A stretch of 64,000 bases of DNA from Macrostomum lignano (taxonomy: Eukaryota), in the NCBI GenBank assembly GCA_002269645.1, contig NIVC01002384.1, positions 1-64,000 of the forward strand, read 5' to 3'. The position numbers were made by a program, and so were the translations under genes. Shown piece by piece: positions 36,375 to 64,000 of the stretch. Every line of letters starts with the position of its first letter. Within the stretch, counting starts at the first letter, position 1. A model generated the notes under the pieces. That model was given only the letters and a program-made list of their open reading frames with translations, was not told the origin of the DNA and did not search any database.

Positions 36375-36757
36375 TCTGCAGTTCACTCGGTATAACTTAA
36401 CTGCCGTTCACTCGGTGTACATTTAGCTTATCTGCAGTTCACTCGGTGTAACCTAACTGAAGTTCACTCGGTGTAACCTAACTGAAGTTCACTCGGTGTA
36501 GCCTAACTGAAGTTCACTCGGTGTAGCCAAACTGCAGTTCACTTGGTGTACATGTAGCTTAACTGAAGTTCACTCGGTGTAGCCTAACTGAAGTTCACTC
36601 GGTGTAGCCTAACTGAAGTTCACTCGGTGTAGCCTAACTGAAGTTCACTCGGTGTAGCCTAACTGAAGTTCACTCGGTGTAGCCTAACTGAAGTTCACTC
36701 GGTGTAGCCTAACTGAAGTTCACTCGGTGTAGCCTAACTGCAGTTCACTCGGTGTAT
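36375..36757. repeat. 25-bp minisatellite (gttcactcggtgtagcctaactgaa) between the convergent CLCA and Ptf1a 3' ends
   Basis: Direct reading. Confidence 0.92.
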
Positions 36758-37179
36758 CTTGCATCAGTTACCAACTTTAGGGAGAAGTTCTAGCAGATTA
36801 TATAAGGCTGAACCTGATTGCAACAAGCAGTATATTTCCACAGAGAAAAAAATTCATTCACAAAATTTCGCATACATTTAAACGACAGAATCGATAACTT
36901 GAGGCCAGAAAGAGTAACAATGGGAAAAAACTAATTAACAAATTTCCCTATTTTGGGTCAACGCTTCCCCGACACCAATAATAAAAAATCTATTGATAAA
37001 AGTGTGGGTAAGTTCTTTAGTCAATGATTGTTTGACTACAAATTCACGGCAATGAAAAATAAGCAAATCAGCAGCAGATGTGAGTGCAATATTTATTGCT
37101 GAGTTTAAGCTGACAGAATCGCTTTCTTAAATAATGTAATTTGTAACACCTTTGTAATCAAATCTGTGTAATATTTCCC

Positions 37180-37380
37180 AAAGTAGAGAAGGCGTTAGAG
37201 AGGGTGTTACAGAAGTAGAGAAGGCGTTAGAGAGGGTGTTACAGAAGTAGAGAAGGCGTTAGAGAGGGTGTTGCAGAAGTAGAAAAGGCGTTAGAGAGGG
37301 TATTACAGAAGTAGAGAAGGCGTTAGAGAGGGTGTTATGGAAGTAGAGAAGGCGTTAGAGAGGGTGTTGCAGAAGTAGAG
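37180..37380. repeat. 32-bp repeat (agaagtagagaaggcgttagagagggtgttac), about 6 copies, just downstream of the Ptf1a stop codon
   Basis: Direct reading. Confidence 0.9.
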
Positions 37381-37394
37381 TGGCGCCCTGGCTC

Positions 37395-51327
<13,933 letters not shown>

Positions 51328-51744
51328 GCGATCGCGTTTTATCCCGATTATGCACCGCCGGAATGCCAACCAGTCTGACCGGATTGGGCGAGTCCAAACT
51401 CTCAGCGAAGCCGGCCCAGCCAATAGGAGAGGACCGTTCGTTTCTTGGTGAGAAAATGGCTATTAGTAGTATGCGACGCGTATGGTTTTTCAAGGGACTA
51501 TCAAAACAAATTAAAACTTATTTATAGTTGATTGCTATACTCATCGAAATATCGGCTGATCACTTGGAGAGTGCTTCAGCTAGCAGTCGGTCTTTAATTG
51601 ATCGCTCAGGCAAAGCGGAACCAGTTGTCACTCTCCCACGCTGGAGGAATCTTCCCGAGAGCTCAGCTATCTGAGCAGGCAATCGATTACTGAGCCGTCT
51701 TTGCTTTCAGTCGGATCTGTTCGGAAAGCGTTCCGCTTCTGCGA

Positions 51745-52026
<282 letters not shown>

Positions 52027-52544
52027 GATTGATTTCTAACCTGATTGTCTCAAGTAATTCAGTAAAGGCGTAAGTTGCCCTATTTTTAGATACGAAAAAT
52101 TGAGTTTGTAGGCAAATACTAGTCTTACTACTCTCCAATGGTAGCGCCATACGTTTGTAATGAATATAATTTTTTTAATGAATTATGGCTTGCAAACAGA
52201 TTTTTCCACTAAATAGTTGAGTAACGTAAGAAAATTAAGTGTGGGGAATTATTTTATTGTATTTTTTTCGTTAATTTTTTTGTTAACAGGACAAATGGCA
52301 ATTTTGATAAATATTAACTCCAAACTGCTCTTCAATACCTCTATAATTTGTGCTGTAGGCTAATCTGTTCATCTACGGTATATTGAATGCGGCTGTCTGT
52401 TTGTCTTATCTATCTATCAGTAGTCTATCTATGGTTATATATATGCTCATCTATCTACTGATCAGTCTGCATGTCTATCTACGAACTACTGAAAAATTCT
52501 ATTGATATATACGCTCAAAAATATCTATCTACCCATGGATATTA

Positions 52545-52690
52545 ATATCTGTGTACCCATGGATATAGATATCTATCTACCCATGGATATAAATGTCTAT
52601 CTACCCATGGATATAAATGTCTATCTACCCATGGATATAAATATCTATCTACCCATGGATATAAATATCTATCTACCCACAGATGTAAAT
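52545..52690. repeat. 24-bp repeat (atctatctacccatggatataaat), about 6 copies
   Basis: Direct reading. Confidence 0.85.
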
Positions 52691-53569
52691 ATCTATCCAT
52701 CAACACCCGGTGGTCTACATATCGATCTAGCTATCAATCGGCTTTAATATCTACTAATTAAAAGTTTCTTTTCTCCATTATTAACTATCCTTAACATTAA
52801 TATCTACCTATACGTATCGATCTGTGTCTTCTTCTATCATTTATCTACATATCCGTCTACCTATCTATTTACCAGTCTGAAAAACAGATTAGTCAGCCCC
52901 ATTAGCACAATCCACTCCAGGCATCCAGCATCCAAGCACAAAACCAGCTTCCCGAGGCAACGCTTTATCAATCCATGCCGCCTCCGCTCCATGCAAGCCC
53001 CCCCTATACCAGTGGAGCGAGACCAGCCTTCGTCTCAATGGCATTCCGAAAGAGGAGCTATTGAAGCTGAAATGCAGCCTCATGCCTCATCATCCTCGAT
53101 CCCCTGCCACGGGGATCACACGGCTGGATCAGCAACAGCATTTTCCAAGTCGCCCCCACTGACAGGTTTTCATTGAATTTTTAATTGATTAAAAAAACAA
53201 CAGAGTCAAAGCTGCAGATATTGACAGCAGCAAGCGCCCACCTTGAAATCCACCTTGCTATCCCCTCAATATTCCAGATTTTTCGCTGCCTTTCTCTCTT
53301 TGTTAATTTTTAAATTGCGCGCCAGTTCAAAATTGAGACTGCTAAAAAATTTAATCAAAGGGATTGCATTGCTGGCAAAAGCTTTTGAGTCACATCTCAC
53401 TGTCCCGTCTTTGTGCCCATTTATCTTCCGTTTCATTGATCTTCCTGATTGGGAGTGAGAGTGAGCTAGTGAGAAGCATTCGCGTGAACAGAAAAACAAC
53501 AAATTATAACGTTGGAAAATTAAAACAAAAGATATTTCGTCAGCTGAATTAGTTTGCTTTTCTAGCAAG

Positions 53570-54140
53570 ACTTCTAGAAAATAGGACTGTGGGTGCATGA
53601 CCAGAATTCTAGGAAATAGGACTGTGGGTGCATGGCCAGAATTATAGAAAATAGGACTGTGGGTGCATGACCAGAATTCTAGGAAATAGGACTGCGGGTC
53701 CATGACCAGAATTCTAGGAAATAGGACTGCGGTTCCATGACCAGAATTCTAGGGAATAGGACTGCGTGTGTTAGCATTCTAGGAAAAATGACTGTGTGTG
53801 TCAGTAATCTAGGAAATATGACTGTGTGTGTGTCAGTATTCTAGGAAATATTACTGTGTGTGTCAGTATTCTAGGAAATATGACTGTGTGTGTCATTAGT
53901 CTAGGAAAAATGACTGTGTCTGTCAGTATTCTAGGAAATATCATTGTGCATAGTCCGATTCTAGGAAATATGACTGTGTCTGTCAGTATTCTAGGAAATA
54001 GGACTGTGTCTGTCAGTATTCTAGGAAATATGACTGTGTCTGTCAGTATTCTAGGAAATAGGACGGTGTCTGTCAGTATTCTAGGAAAAATGACTGTGTC
54101 TGTCAGTATTCTAGGAAATATCATTGTGCATAGTCCGATT
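53570..54140. repeat. 30-bp minisatellite (ctaggaaatatgactgtgtctgtcagtatt and variants)
   Basis: Direct reading. Confidence 0.92.
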
Positions 54141-54506
54141 CTATTAAATAGGCTGCTTTAGCAAAATTCTTAGAAATGCCAGAGTCGAACTTGTGTATCC
54201 GCCTGCTATAAGTTATATAAACTCAGAGAGCTACGAGTTTATATACACGTAGTTTCAGGAAAAATTGTAAAATAAGTCTAGCTATATATCTTTCAGCATT
54301 TTCCCGAAAATGTGAAAAGCCTTCGACAAAAGCTCAAAGACCCCGACCATCACTAGATAGAATCCTTGAATTTCTATAGGAATTTCTGCCGAAACAAAAT
54401 ATAAAATTTTCTAAAGCAATACAGCGGGGACAAAGGCATTTGTTGACAGACAAAACACTGAGAAGTGAGCCGGCCGCCAATTACTCATAATCAATACAAC
54501 CATAGA

Positions 54507-55497
<991 letters not shown>

Positions 55498-56444
55498 TAC
55501 TGGACTTTGACTCGCTGAAAATATACGGACATTGTAAGCCATTCTAGCCCTACTCACAGTCATTGTTTTTCACTTTTGCGCTGTACACCCAAACAAAGCC
55601 AACAACAGCTTATGCAAACCTTTTTTCTCTCTGCCTCTTCCTCCCTGGTTGCGCAGGTGATGGAGCTACCTATACTGGAAGCTCTTCCCCTCCTCTCTCT
55701 CTCTCTCTACGGGTCGATACGCACACTGAGCCATCATTTCTTCTCAGTGTATTGTGTCAATCGATACCCAGTGTATTGGGAGTTCTGTAGCAGCTTATGC
55801 TAACCCAGAGAGCAGATGAGGCAAGAGAGACTGGGAGAGGGAGGAGAGAGACATTTGTATCTCCACGGTTGCCGGTGATGAAGCAACTTTGTTTCACCGA
55901 CGTTAAACAAAGCAAATAATGAGCTGGATCAGTGCATTTCTGCCCCTCTGATGAGCGGAAAAGCTTTACTTAGTTTGCAGTGTGGCCACTGGCCACTGCC
56001 CCGTATGCGCAGATGGTCTAATTATAATCTTATAATTAGACCATTTCCTGGAAACTTACTTAGGGTTTAGCCTTCGTTGCAATCATCTAAGCTTTCATCT
56101 GGATTAGCACGACCAATGTGTACCCTGACTCATCCTCTCTTCCTTCTCCCTGTATACTTACCTTGCATCTGTAAGTGTCCAAGGATCTTTATTTTACCTA
56201 TACAACCGGAGTACTCGCAACATCTGCAGTCCTTTATAATAATCCATTTATGAGTATAATTTATATATATATTAACTCAATCAGGACAAATGGGGGACAG
56301 ATGGGGAAAGGTAGAGTTAGAAATGAGAGAGAAAGGGATTAAAATGGATAGTAGGCAGTGAGTAGGGGGAGAGTAGGCGGAGAGTAGGCAGTAAGGGAGT
56401 AGAGGGGGGATAGAGAGTACAGGTACAGTGAGACGGTTGTGGAG

Positions 56445-57215
<771 letters not shown>

Positions 57216-58149
57216 AGCAGTGAGGAAAGGAGAGAATGAGGAGGCAGAGAGGCAGACAGATGGAGTCCCAGCAGCCCCGAGTCTTGTGCTGAGCCAGTTT
57301 GAAATCAATGAAATTCGAACTCCCGACTCAGAGCATTCAGGTCCAAGAGCTCAGAGGGAGGCGTTCAAAAATAAACCCAAACATCTAGCTTAAAATTCGA
57401 CGACATTTCAAATTTAGTCATCTCAAACGTGCCGGGGATTAAAGCCTCAACACCCATGTCTAGTCTCAACTGATTCACTCACTCACTGTGAATGCGATAA
57501 TTAGCCATCATCTTGCTCACAATCACAATATATTGCAGTTTCTCAGTTTTCCATTTTTCGAGTTTCCGCCTTCTGGGACAGCGCTTCTTTCTCAAGTTAA
57601 AGCTTTTTTACAACAACACACTTCTCTCAAATCCTCCCCGCCCATCTGCCGCGGATTCCCCAGTCCTTGTTTGCAGTTTCTCCAGCAAAGCAGAGCCGCC
57701 AACCTTCCCCCCCTCAGTTCCGTTCCGCGTGACCTCTTTGCTATTCTCTCAGCGTTTGCTTTTCTGCCTTTTCTCTCCATCCACCTCCTCTGCTGCTGCT
57801 GCTCCAGACAGACTTTCTCCCTTCAGCAAAAGCCACGGGCAGAGAGGGGGGGGGGCAAAGGGAGGGCGACATGAATGCGGTCACAAAATTTTCTGCTTTG
57901 AATTACAGAGCTGCTTCTGCTGCTGCTGCTACTGCGCACCAATTTGTGAGAACTTCTGGCTGAGGCCCGGGGAGGGGGGGGTGCGGTGGGACTCTGCAGG
58001 TGTTTTACCGGCTGCATCGCACTGGCGGAGGAAGCAGATTCAATGAAGCAGGCAATGGCTAATGGGACAGACAGGCAAATTCTAGACAGAGGCTGACAGG
58101 GCCACGGACGGCATTTCTTGTCATTAGATCTTGACCTGATGTTTGCTGC

Positions 58150-58152
58150 CTG

Positions 58153-58225
<73 letters not shown>

Positions 58226-58228
58226 TGG

Positions 58229-58265
<37 letters not shown>

Positions 58266-58268
58266 TGG

Positions 58269-58335
<67 letters not shown>

Positions 58336-58372
58336 GTGTCTGTCTGTCTTTCTGTCTGTCTGTCTGTCTGTC
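58150..58372. repeat. (TCTG)n microsatellite
   Basis: Direct reading. Confidence 0.97.
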
Positions 58373-61300
58373 TTTTTTCTGTTTGCTTTCTTTGCCTTTT
58401 CTTTTTTCGAACACCAAAGTCCCGAGTTCGAATTCAGTTTTCTAATTGACCTTGGAAGTTTCTAAGAAAAATGGATGACCCTACTAAAGCAAATCCAGGC
58501 AAAGTCATTGGAATGTTGCAGTCAATCGATAATCCGATAATCCGAACTCTGAAATGTCTGTACACTAAACCAATTGCCTTCTAATCAGCAGAAGCAGAAC
58601 ATGAGTGCAGGGGCGCAGTTAAAGAGCAGGTGGATTATTAGATTAAGCCATATGCAATTATTCTCTTGCTCTAAGCCATATTGTGGCAGTGTAGCTCTCC
58701 GTCTCTCTCTTTCTCACTACGAGTTGTGCGTTACTGCAGTTCTGAAATTGTATTGCAAGTGAGTCATGGTAACAAACCTTCACAATGAGGGTAGGATTGG
58801 GTGTAGAGAGGAGAGAGAGAGAGAGAGGGGCACAGCTGCACGCCTTCATCTACCCTCTGAATCCCTCTGCTCAAACCCGAGCCTTTTCCAGAGCTGCTGC
58901 ACTGCCCGCGCCTCACCTCCGACTCCTAATGCAGCTTGCAGCATCCCCAGCTGCATCGCGACTCAACCTCAAACCTCTTTGAATTATTAATCCTGCTGAG
59001 CCACTGGGACGCGCCCAAAGGCCGCTTCAGTTTTTCTTTCCGATTTTTTTCTTTAGGGAAGGGGGGAGGGGGTTTGGGGGACTGGGATTTGGGATGCGGG
59101 CTTCAGGCTTCATCCCCCACTGCCTTCCATCCCGTTGAGCTCAGCTAGCCAGCCTCATGCTCAAACCTTTCACACCTGTCCGTTTCCTATTGGCTCGCTG
59201 GGCCCCCCACCTGAGATCCTGGCCTCTTCCCCTCATAGCTCTCTGTCAGTTTGGTCCCATGGCCCTGCGATGCCCCTGCAGGCCGCCCGTCTCGCATCTG
59301 CCTGCCCCATCCAAGGGGGATGCGAAGCATTGGAGAGGGCTGGAATGGTTTAGGGCCGAGGGGTAGGAAGTGAGGAACGAGAAAAGGATTTGGGGAGGAG
59401 GAAGTGGGGGAGACCGACTGCTCAGGAGTGGGGGTGGGGCGGTTCTGTCGGAAGGGGATTAAGATGAGGCCGCGCCAGTCTTCCCAGCCTCTCCTCTCCG
59501 CTTCTCCCGCCTCGCTGCTCCCTGACTCTCTTCCCGACCGCCGCTTGCAGTTGCAATTCTTAGTCTTCGCTTCTCTGCTCGTTCCCCCTTCTTCTTCTCG
59601 CTCCTTCTGTGTGCGCGAGTTTGCCAAAAAAGAGTGGAGAGAGAGAGGATGGATATTTCTCTCTGCGAGAGCTGGACGAGGCTTGCTTGCTGTCCTCGCC
59701 GCGTTAACCAGCCTCCGGAGCTTCCCCATCCTCGCCTCCGTGCTCGCACAGGGTGTATACTAGCTAGAACTCCCCAGCGCACTCTGCTGTCCGCTACAAC
59801 CCTGTCCAGCTCGCTTCTCCCTTTTGCCTTTCTATAGATCCCCTCCAGGAGAGTTTTATCTTCACATTGAACCGACCAACCTAGCGCGGCAGTTGCTGAC
59901 TCCCTCCAGTCTCGGATGATTCCAGCCGGTAAGAGCACTTTCTATGAAGCAGACTCGGCAGCCGCAGAAATGCCGGCCTGGAAGACTAGTGATTTGTTGT
60001 CGCGAACTGCACTGTCGATGCGACTGGAGCCAATCAATTAGCAGGCCATTGACGGGCGAATTCCATAGAACCCAGGACCATCCCGTATTGCAGAGAGATT
60101 CCAAGCTTGCTTGACTGCAACAATGGATAATCTCCCTGACTTGATTGGGATGGTTAACTGAGAGGCTTATGGAATTGGCAATGAATTTGTCTTACTCTGC
60201 TATAAACATGACTCCGTGTTTGCATTTGATGCACCTGGCAACTGATCACAGCCTTCCACGCCGCGGGCCGTTGCGCATCACAGATTTTTTTGATTAAAAT
60301 CGTTTTGTGTTTTCAAATACACAACAACTTATTTTAGTCTGTGTGATTAACAACAGCTTGTTTAATCCAATCGCTTTGGTTTGTTTTCATTCTCTAATTT
60401 TCATGTTCAATTTCTCGAAATATGAATGAAGACTATAAAAATTGATTAAAACAAGCAAAATAAACCTAGGATGCTCTACTTAAAGTAACAAGCCAAGTTT
60501 CGTATAGAAAAATTATCGTATTTAATTTAATTTATTTAAAACCGGAAAGTATGGTAACTAATGAAACAAATACACTTGGCCAGGTTATTTTCTCTACATA
60601 TCGGCCGGCAAAAATGTGTTGATTAATAACTGGTTAATTCGAGCATCGTACTCGGCGTCGATACTCTTCCAAGACAATATTCGACATAACTACTAGTGCA
60701 AATAAGTACTATAACGGAAATCAGACAATAGAAATTAATTATTGCAAAAAATGCTTACAAAAAATTTAAATTTTAATAAAGAAATCAGAATATATAACTG
60801 CACACTGCCGAAGTACTAGCTGTAACGCACGCGACACGGTAGTCCCGCAGTCCGTTACGCCAAAGTGGAACTTTGCTTCTATTTTTAATAATGGCGTCAC
60901 AATTGAAATTTGAAAATAGTCGGCGCACACTACTACTGAATGTAGCAACGCGTGCAAAGTCCAGATTTCGATCTGTATAAATTCGAGAAGCACGTGATCC
61001 TTGTCAAGGCGAGAAAACAAAACAAATTTATTTATAACTTGCTGATAAAAATTAAAGTGGCGGATAAGCTTTAGTTAACCTGCGCGAAGGTGCAATCGTG
61101 CGCATTAGAATTCGAATCTAAAGTGTGCTACGATTGGCATACGTTTTCAGCCATGCATACCTATTCAGACATGAAGTCATTATTAGTCTGTGTTTGCGAA
61201 GAGTGATGAAGATGCATGGCGAGCAAGCTGTGTCTAATTTTAGATCTGCGCTTAAAAAATGTGCCGTCACGACTGCTGTGGACAATAACAAAGTTTTATA

Positions 61301-61395
61301 TTTTTTAACCCACATTTATTTTGCGCTAGGCGGGCAATTAGGGCTATTGAATTGAAGTATTTAATCCTGATGAGGTTGTACGGCACCGGGGAACA

Positions 61396-62965
61396 TGAGA
61401 CACCTGGGAATGAGACATCTGCGGAATGAGACAATTGGGAATTATACACCTGGGAATGAGACACCCGGGAATGAGACACCCGGGAATGAAACATCTGGGA
61501 ATGAGACACCCGGGAATGAAACATCTGGGAATGAGACACCCGGGAATGAGACACCTGGGAATCAGACACCCAGGAATGAGACACCTGGGAATGAGACACC
61601 TGGGAATGAGACACCTGGGAATGAGACACCTGGGAATGAGACACCTGGGAATGAGACACCTGGGAATGAGACACCTGGGAATGAGACACCTGGGAATGAG
61701 ACACCTGGGAATGAGACACCTGGGAATGAGACACCTGGGAATGAGACACCTGGGAATGAGACACCTGGGAATGAGACACCTGGGAATGAGACACCTGGGA
61801 ATGAGACACCTGGGAATGAGACACCTGGGAATGAGACACCTGGGAATGAGACACCTGGGAATGAGACACCTGGGAATGAGACACCTGGGAATGAGACACC
61901 TGGGAATGAGACACCTGGGAATGAGACACCTGGGAATGAGACACCTGGGAATGAGACACCTGGGAATGAGACACCTGGGAATGAGACACCTGGGAATGAG
62001 ACACCTGGGAATGAGACACCTGGGAATGAGACACCTGGGAATGAGACACCTGGGAATGAGACACCTGGGAATGAGACACCTGGGAATGAGACACCTGGGA
62101 ATGAGACACCTGGGAATGAGACACCTGGGAATGAGACACCTGGGAATGAGACACCTGGGAATGAGACACCTGGGAATGAGACACCTGGGAATGAGACACC
62201 TGGGAATGAGACACCTGGGAATGAGACACCTGGGAATGAGACACCTGGGAATGAGACACCTGGGAATGAGACACCTGGGAATGAGACACCTGGGAATGAG
62301 ACACCTGGGAATGAGACACCTGGGAATGAGACACCTGGGAATGAGACACCTGGGAATGAGACACCTGGGAATGAGACACCTGGGAATGAGACACCTGGGA
62401 ATGAGACACCTGGGAATGAGACACCTGGGAATGAGACACCTGGGAATGAGACACCTGGGAATGAGACACCTGGGAATGAGACACCTGGGAATGAGACACC
62501 TGGGAATGAGACACCTGGGAATGAGACACCTGGGAATGAGACACCTGGGAATGAGACACACAGGGAAGGAGAGACACAGGGAAATGAGACACCGGGAGTG
62601 AGACACCAGAGAGTGAGACACCAGGGAGTGAGACACCAGGGAGTGAGACACCAGGGAGTGAGACACCAGGGAGTGAGACACCAGGGAGTGAGACACCGGG
62701 GAGTAAGACACAGTGGAGTAATACGCCAGGGAGTGAGACACCGGGGAGTAAGACACAGTGGAGTAATACGCCAGGGAGTGAGACACCGGGGAGTAAGACA
62801 CAGTGGAGTAATACGCCAGGGAGTGAGACACCGGGGAGTAAGACACAGTGGAGTAATACGCCAGGGAGTGAGACACCGGGGAGTAAGACACAGTGGAGTA
62901 ATACGCCAGGGAGTGAGACACCGGGGAGTAAGACACAGTGGAGTAATACGCCAGGGAGTGAGACA
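61396..62965. repeat. 15-bp minisatellite (atgagacacctggga): 65 perfect copies at 61576-62550, degenerate copies to the left, and a related 15/45-bp variant block (gagtgagacaccagg) to the right
   Basis: Direct reading; 975 bp / 15 = 65. Confidence 0.98.
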
Positions 62966-63594
62966 AAGGTTCTCTCACCTGGCGTATCTCACCTGACAAA
63001 GTGAGTGTAGTGAGAGAACCTGGGGAATAAGACACCAGGGAATGAGACACGAGGGATGAGACACCGGGGAATGAGAGACAGCATGTAATGAGAAATGAGG
63101 TTTGATTATATTTTTAATTTTCTCAATGCAAGCAGCAGCAGCAGCCACAGCCAGTCACTGAATCATATCTGCGAACATTGCCTTTGTTTCAGAAATCTCT
63201 CTTTAGCTAAGAGGAACCAAAAGCGATATGAAATATGAATATGAATTTGTCTTTGCTTTCCTTCCTTCCAGTCCAGGCCGCTTCTTGTGGGTGTGCAACT
63301 ATGACTAACTACCTGACCTGGCGATACACGGGGTGAATCACCCCCGGTCTGTCGCATGCCCCCCCCCACCGCCAACCCCCTCTCAATCCTTACCCCCGAG
63401 ACGCCTCGATAACATTTGAATCATCAACGACGAGTTTTACTTTTGGTAATTAAAACGTATTACACGTAAATGTTATACACTTCTGAGTGAATTCGGCTTC
63501 ATATTTTAATTGATAGTAACTGATTTAATTTTTTCTACAGACTGCAGCTGATTGAACTTTAAGTAGCATATAGCGATGCTTTGACAGTAAGAGC

Positions 63595-63985
63595 GCCATT
63601 CTACCGTTTTTTGGGCGCCATTCTACTGTATTTGAGGGCGCCATTCTACTGTATTTTGGGGCGCCATTCTACTGTATTTGAGGGCGCCATTCTACTGTAT
63701 TCAAGGGCGCTATTCTACTGTATTTGAGGGCGCCATTCTACTGCATTTGAGGACGCTATTCTACCGTATTTAAGGGCGCCATTCTACTGTATTCAAGGGC
63801 GCCATTCTACTGCATTTGAGGACGCTATTCTACCGTATTTAAGGGCGCCATTCTACTGTATTCAAGGGCGCCATTCTACTGCATTTGAGGACGCTATTCT
63901 ACCGTATTTTAAGGGCGCCATTCTACTCGTACTGTATTCAAGGGCGCCATTCTACCGTATTTTGGGGCGCCATTCTACTTTTTTT
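63595..63985. repeat. 23-24-bp minisatellite (gggcgccattctactgtatttga)
   Basis: Direct reading. Confidence 0.92.
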
Positions 63986-64000
63986 GAGGGCCGTCACTCT

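Noticed and set aside
55935-55970. CTGATGA motifs (here and at 61368) as possible hammerhead ribozyme cores
   Set aside because: No stem II closed by a GAAA and no compatible stems I/III could be drawn.
57488-60104. Cluster of 60-180-aa ORFs on both strands
   Set aside because: Overlapping, no domain similarity recognised and no consistent splice pattern; more likely regulatory or UTR DNA.
61267-63050. Long ORFs (441-568 aa; ETPGN, MRHLG, VSHSQ and CLIPR repeats)
   Set aside because: All frames are open simply because the 15-bp unit has no stop codons; there is no non-repetitive domain or splice context.

Overview
Animal genomic DNA with spliced genes and an extreme load of simple and tandem repeats. 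The gene set, short GT-AG introns and repeat landscape resemble a free-living flatworm such as Macrostomum (inference, not verified). Four multi-exon genes could be reconstructed by hand with phase-consistent splice junctions: a divergent peptide-type class A GPCR (-, 697-3075), a Gab/DOS PH-domain adaptor (+, 13669-22407), a CLCA-family protein (+, 28153-36087, 10 exons, 909 aa) and a Ptf1a bHLH factor (-, 37395-51327). The remainder is about 35 different mini- and microsatellites, two tRNA-derived SINE families (one with a CORE-like domain), mariner remnants and several MITEs. Most long ORFs in the supplied track are repeat artefacts. The strongest lead is a 65-copy perfect 15-bp array about 10 kb upstream of Ptf1a, in which every unit forms an E-box plus RBPJ TC-box at PTF1-type spacing, beside a Ptf1a that keeps both RBPJ-binding motifs. 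Other leads are a CLCA that seems to have lost both a metal ligand and its self-cleavage loop, a Gab with six tandem YxxP motifs, private minisatellites filling introns from the splice donor, and local CpG decay.
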